Assembly (NCBI GenBank): GCA_963766795.1
Contig: CAVYBN010000007.1
Coordinates: 54,389-118,388, forward strand
Reading direction: 5' to 3'
DNA: 64,000 nt
Source of the DNA: Candidatus Parcubacteria bacterium
GTDB taxonomy: Bacteria; Patescibacteriota; Minisyncoccia; Phycocordibacterales; PALSA-1337
The position numbers and the translations under genes were made by a program. The notes beneath the pieces were generated by a model. That model was not told the origin of the DNA. It saw only the letters and a list, made by a program, of their open reading frames with translations, and searched no databases. Below, one piece after another: positions 60,644 through 64,000 of this stretch. How positions within the stretch are numbered: position 1 is the stretch's first letter; the number at the start of each line of letters is the position of its first letter.

Positions 60644-61327
60644 ATGACTTACCTTCACTGGGACGAAACAACAATCATCGACTTCTCCGAGAAGAATATT
60701 TCCGCCATGTACGACTGTGGCTATGTTTTCACGCGTATCGGTAAAGGAGTGATGCAACAGACGCGCTCGGTGCGCATCGATTTGAGCAAGTTCGAATTGA
60801 CGAGCGAGAATCGGCGCATCCTAAAAAAGGCTGCCCTTGATGGATTTGAGACGATTTCAACACCTTGGGCACATTACGATCTGCGTGTCGGTAAGCTAGC
60901 TAAGGATTTTTATACTGCCAAATTTGGTCCGAATATCATGAGCGCCTTTAAAGTGAAAGAAATGATGACTAATCCTGCGCGCAACAATTTTAATGAAGTG
61001 CTCATATTCTCAAGCGATTCAACGGCGATTGGTTGGACTATCTGTTACAAAAATACCGAGCTCCTTCATTATTCGTATCCCTTCTATGATTTAAATGTGT
61101 CGTCAAAAGATATGGGACTTGGCATGATGATCCGCGCGATTCAATATGCAAGGGATTCTGACGTGAAATACGCCTACCTCGGATCCCTTCAGCGCCCCGG
61201 CGACACCTATAAGCTCCAATTCGCAGGCCTGGAATGGTTCGACGGCGGGCCTGATGGTTCGAATAAGTGGTCGACAGATATTGATAGAGCGAAAAGAATC
61301 CTATCATCTGCTACTCTTGAATCCTGA
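60644..61327 (+). CDS. ATE_C-domain (arginyl/leucyl-tRNA--protein transferase, Bpt/Ate1-like) aminoacyl-tRNA-dependent transferase candidate
   Basis: LIFSSDSTAIGWTICYKNTELLHYSYPFYD...KYAYLGSLQRPGDTYKLQFAGLEWFDG matches the ATE_C pattern (..D.lsdglS.VY.fydP....SLG...yvYLGY......YK..F.P.E). There is no Cys-rich ATE_N. Confidence 0.5.
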   Translation: MTYLHWDETTIIDFSEKNISAMYDCGYVFTRIGKGVMQQTRSVRIDLSKFELTSENRRILKKAALDGFETISTPWAHYDLRVGKLAKDFYTAKFGPNIMSAFKVKEMMTNPARNNFNEVLIFSSDSTAIGWTICYKNTELLHYSYPFYDLNVSSKDMGLGMMIRAIQYARDSDVKYAYLGSLQRPGDTYKLQFAGLEWFDGGPDGSNKWSTDIDRAKRILSSATLES

Positions 61328-61330
61328 ATC

Positions 61331-62761
61331 ATGAATCTTGAATCTTCTCAAAACCTGCCTGAACACATCCACGTCATCGGCATTTGCGGCGTGGCAACGA
61401 GCGCTTTAGCCATAGCTTTCCACAAGGCCGGCGTCAAAGTCACCGGCTCCGACAAAGGCTTCTTCCCGCCGGTCTCGACCGAGCTTGAAAAAGCCGGCAT
61501 CCCCTTCTACGCCGGCTGGCATCCTGAAAAAATCGCAGAGAATGGCATGCCTGATCTCATCATCGCCGGTGCCAGCGGTACGAGCTTGTCCAATCCAGAG
61601 ATCATGTACACGAAGGAAAAAGGCATTTCTCTTCTTTCGTTCGCAGAAGCCATCGGAAAATATGTCGTAAGAAAAAATTCCGTCGTTTGCACTGGAACTT
61701 GGGGCAAGACGACGATTTCGGCCTTGCTTTCATTTATCTTGTCGGAAGCCGGCATGAGGCCGAGCTATTTCACCGGCGGTGTTTCGCTATCACATCCGAC
61801 AGGGGTTATTTCCGATTCAGACTGGAGCGTCGTCGAAGGAGACGAATATCAAGTCTCGATCTCCGACCACCGCCCAAAATTCGTCTATTATGCCCCAACA
61901 CATCTTCTGTTAACTTCAGTCTCCTGGGACCATGCGGACCTGTATCCGACTGAAAAGAGTTATTTCGATACATTCGAAAAGCTCGTTAAAGAAGTCCCAA
62001 AAAATGGCTGCATCGTGGCTTGTATTGACAACGAAGGCGTTCAAAGAACATTAAAGAGTGCGAACGATTTGACCACAGGCCGCAAGGTCGTAAAATATGG
62101 CCGAAATGAATCAGCCGATTATTCATATCATTCACTGACACAAACAGAGAATGGCCTGCGTTTCCAGATAAGCAATGGCAATGAATGCTATGAGATAGTC
62201 TCTCCGATGCTCGGCGGCTTCAATGCGCAGAATATCACGGCGGCTTTCGCCATGGCACGCACGATCGGAATACCAGCCGACAAGATCATCGCCTCCATCA
62301 AGAACTTCAGAGGCATCAAGCGCCGCTTTGAGAAACGATTTGAAGGCGAGATCACTGTCTTCGATTGCCATGCTCCCACACCGGAAAAAGCTTCTGCCGT
62401 CCTGAAAGAATTACGCGCGATCTATAGTGGCAAGATCATCGCCATCTTTGAGCCGAACATCGGTGGCCGTGAACGCGAAGCAGCCGCTAAGTATTCGAAT
62501 GCTTTCAAAGATGCCGACACTGTGCTCATCCCGCGTCTGACAAAGCTGAAAGTTGCCGAAAATGATTCGAATCAACCGATGGAAGGTATTGAATTAGCCA
62601 CGGTCATTTCAAAGACTCACAAAGACTGTCATTGCATCGAAGACGACGCCGAGCTCGTTGAAACGGCCGTATCTCAAACAAAAAAAGGAGACATCATCGT
62701 CTTCCTGGGCTCGCATGGATTCAGAGGAATGATAGAAGAAACGGTGAAGAGATTGGCTTGA
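61331..62761 (+). CDS. mpl: Mur-ligase family enzyme closest to Mpl (UDP-MurNAc:L-Ala-gamma-D-Glu-meso-DAP ligase). MurC cannot be excluded.
   Basis: HIHVIGICGVATSALAIAFHKAGVKVTGSDKGFFPPVSTELEKAGIPFYAGWHPEKI and GDEYQVSISDHRPKFVYYAPTHLLLTSVSWDHADLY align block for block with E. coli Mpl ([72 protein letters not shown]). Confidence 0.75.
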   Translation: MNLESSQNLPEHIHVIGICGVATSALAIAFHKAGVKVTGSDKGFFPPVSTELEKAGIPFYAGWHPEKIAENGMPDLIIAGASGTSLSNPEIMYTKEKGISLLSFAEAIGKYVVRKNSVVCTGTWGKTTISALLSFILSEAGMRPSYFTGGVSLSHPTGVISDSDWSVVEGDEYQVSISDHRPKFVYYAPTHLLLTSVSWDHADLYPTEKSYFDTFEKLVKEVPKNGCIVACIDNEGVQRTLKSANDLTTGRKVVKYGRNESADYSYHSLTQTENGLRFQISNGNECYEIVSPMLGGFNAQNITAAFAMARTIGIPADKIIASIKNFRGIKRRFEKRFEGEITVFDCHAPTPEKASAVLKELRAIYSGKIIAIFEPNIGGREREAAAKYSNAFKDADTVLIPRLTKLKVAENDSNQPMEGIELATVISKTHKDCHCIEDDAELVETAVSQTKKGDIIVFLGSHGFRGMIEETVKRLA

Positions 62762-62768
62762 TTCCTTT

Positions 62769-62852
62769 GTCATTCCCGCGAAAGCGGGAATCCAGGGTAC
62801 TACCACAAACGCCCGTAGTCATACACTGGACCCCCGCTTTCGCGGGGGTGAC
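62769..62852. repeat. Family-A palindromic element, intergenic (convergent gene ends)
   Basis: gtcattcccgcgaaagcgggaatccag ... ctggacccccgctttcgcgggggtgac. Confidence 0.85.
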
Positions 62853-62860
62853 AAAGTTGT

Positions 62861-63058
62861 CTATTTTCCTTCATCGACGATCACAGTTTTGACCTCATTG
62901 TCCGCCGTGATCTCCTTGACCAGGAGCGTCATACCGCAGTGGTTGCATTCGATGACCATGCCGGCCGCGATATTCGGATAGCGCGAAAGGTCGAGGACAT
63001 TCTTGCATTCCGGGCAGACGCAGACCAGCTTTGATGATTCGGACCTTTGTTGGATCAT
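62861..63058 (-). CDS. Small zinc-ribbon protein with a LysW-like fold (65 aa)
   Basis: CPECKNVLDLSRYPNIAAGMVIECNHCGMTLLVKEITADNE is a CxxC-18-CxxC ribbon like the LysW/ArgW carriers. The C-terminus ends ...VDEGK rather than a terminal Glu. Confidence 0.35.
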   Translation of the reverse strand: MIQQRSESSKLVCVCPECKNVLDLSRYPNIAAGMVIECNHCGMTLLVKEITADNEVKTVIVDEGK

Positions 63059-63097
63059 TGCCTTTCAATAATAGCGAAAATACGATAGCATGGCAAT

Positions 63098-64000
63098 ATG
63101 AATAAGTCAGCAAAAGACGCTTCGGATGGTGCGAAGGCCGCTCCTATTACGCCGCTTGAAGCCTATCCCAAGCTGGCAAAAGCCATAGGCGTCAATCAAT
63201 TGTTCTTCAAGCGCGAGGACCTGCATCCTTACGGCTCTCACAAAGGCCGCTCCATTCCGGTCATGATCGACCATTATTTGAAGGCCGGTGAGCGCCGATT
63301 CGCCATCTCTTCGTCTGGAAACGCGGCATTGGCGGCGGCACTTTATGTTGCTGTCATTCCCGCAAAAGCGGGAATCCAGGGTCTAGCTGCTGAAAACAAT
63401 CCGATCAGCCTCGATATCTTCATCGGCCAGCATGCCGCGCCGCACAAAGCGCAACGATTGAAAGAACTCGCTGACGAGCATATCCGCGTCCTCATCAAAG
63501 AGCGGCCATTGCAAGCCTTGACGCAGGCCGTGAATGAGAGCGCGCGGAGTTTGAGGCAATCGACTGACGATCTGGCTTTGATCGGTTATGAATCTTTGGC
63601 ACAGGAATTAGCGGCAGCAACAGCACGGAGGTCGGACCTCCGTAGGTCGGACCTAAGTATCTTCATCGGCACTTCTTCCGGCACCACGGCTCAAGCTTTG
63701 GCTGCATATTTCTTAAAAGAAAAGCTCCCCATCCAAATCCACATCGTCCAGACTTCTTCATGCCATCCTTTGGCGGACGCATTCGAATCGTACGATGGAC
63801 CAGACGAAGCTTCACTGGCTGATGCCATCGTTGACATGACCGCGCGGCGCAAAGAAGCTCTGATCCCGCTCATCAAAAAGAGCGGCGGCCGTGCCTGGGT
63901 CGCAACTAATGACGACATCAAAGCCGCACAGGAACTGACGCTCAAGAATACTGGCTTGGAGATATCCACTAACAGCGCGTTATCAGTAGCTGGAGCGATG
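63098..64000 (+). CDS. Fold-type-II PLP-dependent enzyme (threonine synthase/dehydratase-like), partial: it runs off the window end. It contains a Family-A half-element in frame.
   Basis: FFKREDLHPYGSHKGRS (PLP-lysine context) and SSSGNAALAAAL. The frame is open from the ATG at 63098 to the window edge. Insertion VIPAKAGIQG at 63353-63380. Confidence 0.5.
   Translation, partial: MNKSAKDASDGAKAAPITPLEAYPKLAKAIGVNQLFFKREDLHPYGSHKGRSIPVMIDHYLKAGERRFAISSSGNAALAAALYVAVIPAKAGIQGLAAENNPISLDIFIGQHAAPHKAQRLKELADEHIRVLIKERPLQALTQAVNESARSLRQSTDDLALIGYESLAQELAAATARRSDLRRSDLSIFIGTSSGTTAQALAAYFLKEKLPIQIHIVQTSSCHPLADAFESYDGPDEASLADAIVDMTARRKEALIPLIKKSGGRAWVATNDDIKAAQELTLKNTGLEISTNSALSVAGAM

Noticed and set aside
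62861-63058. Calling the zinc-ribbon protein a bona fide LysW amino-carrier
   Set aside because: The C-terminus ends in Gly-Lys, not the terminal Glu required for LysX ligation. There are no adjacent lysX/Z/Y/K genes. It is kept only as a low-confidence zinc-ribbon CDS.

Overview
This 64 kb window looks like bacterial chromosome with moderately high GC, small compact genes and many housekeeping genes carrying short in-frame insertions. That pattern fits a small-genome (Candidate Phyla Radiation/Patescibacteria-like) bacterium, but that placement is inference. Most genes are on the minus strand.

Main content by position:
- ~1-9 kb: a giant (1932 aa as called) repetitive Gly/Ser/Thr-rich cell-surface protein gene. 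Its 3' repeat modules decay into frame-broken tandem copies that extend to the window edge.
- 9.0-11.2 kb: a membrane protein with a cytoplasmic helix-turn-helix (HTH) domain, translationally coupled to the giant gene, and a divergent small HTH gene.
- 11.3-19.3 kb: gatB (apparent frameshift), obg, a NUDIX hydrolase, secA and murB.
- 19.9-50.8 kb: a glycan-biosynthesis island of about 30 kb. It starts with a WaaL/PglL-type O-antigen-ligase-like gene and an ABC exporter. It then holds at least 9 GT4, 2 GT2, GT11 fucosyltransferase, GT9-like and GT47-like glycosyltransferases, 3 FkbM-type and 4 class-I SAM methyltransferases, a CE4 deacetylase, a cytidylyltransferase, a UGDH-like protein and a FemAB-like::GtrA fusion.
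- 51-53 kb: a soluble VirD4/TraD-like ATPase beside Pro/Ala/Ser-rich low-complexity ORFs.
- 53.0-54.7 kb: a low-GC island of small divergent genes.
- 54.7-64 kb: a DUF4015-like glycoside-hydrolase-like gene, rsmI, and a peptidoglycan cluster (ATP-grasp ligase, NlpC/P60-like, mraY, ATE_C aminoacyl-tRNA-transferase-like, Mpl/MurC-family ligase), then a zinc-ribbon protein and a partial fold-type-II PLP enzyme.

The most striking feature is the number of short palindromic repeat families (at least six). One ~85-100 bp inverted-repeat element is inserted in frame into at least eight protein-coding genes, including secA twice, murB and gatB, each time adding a 'VIPAKAGIQG...LDSR.RGNDK' peptide. No rRNA or CRISPR was seen, and I could not support any tRNA.
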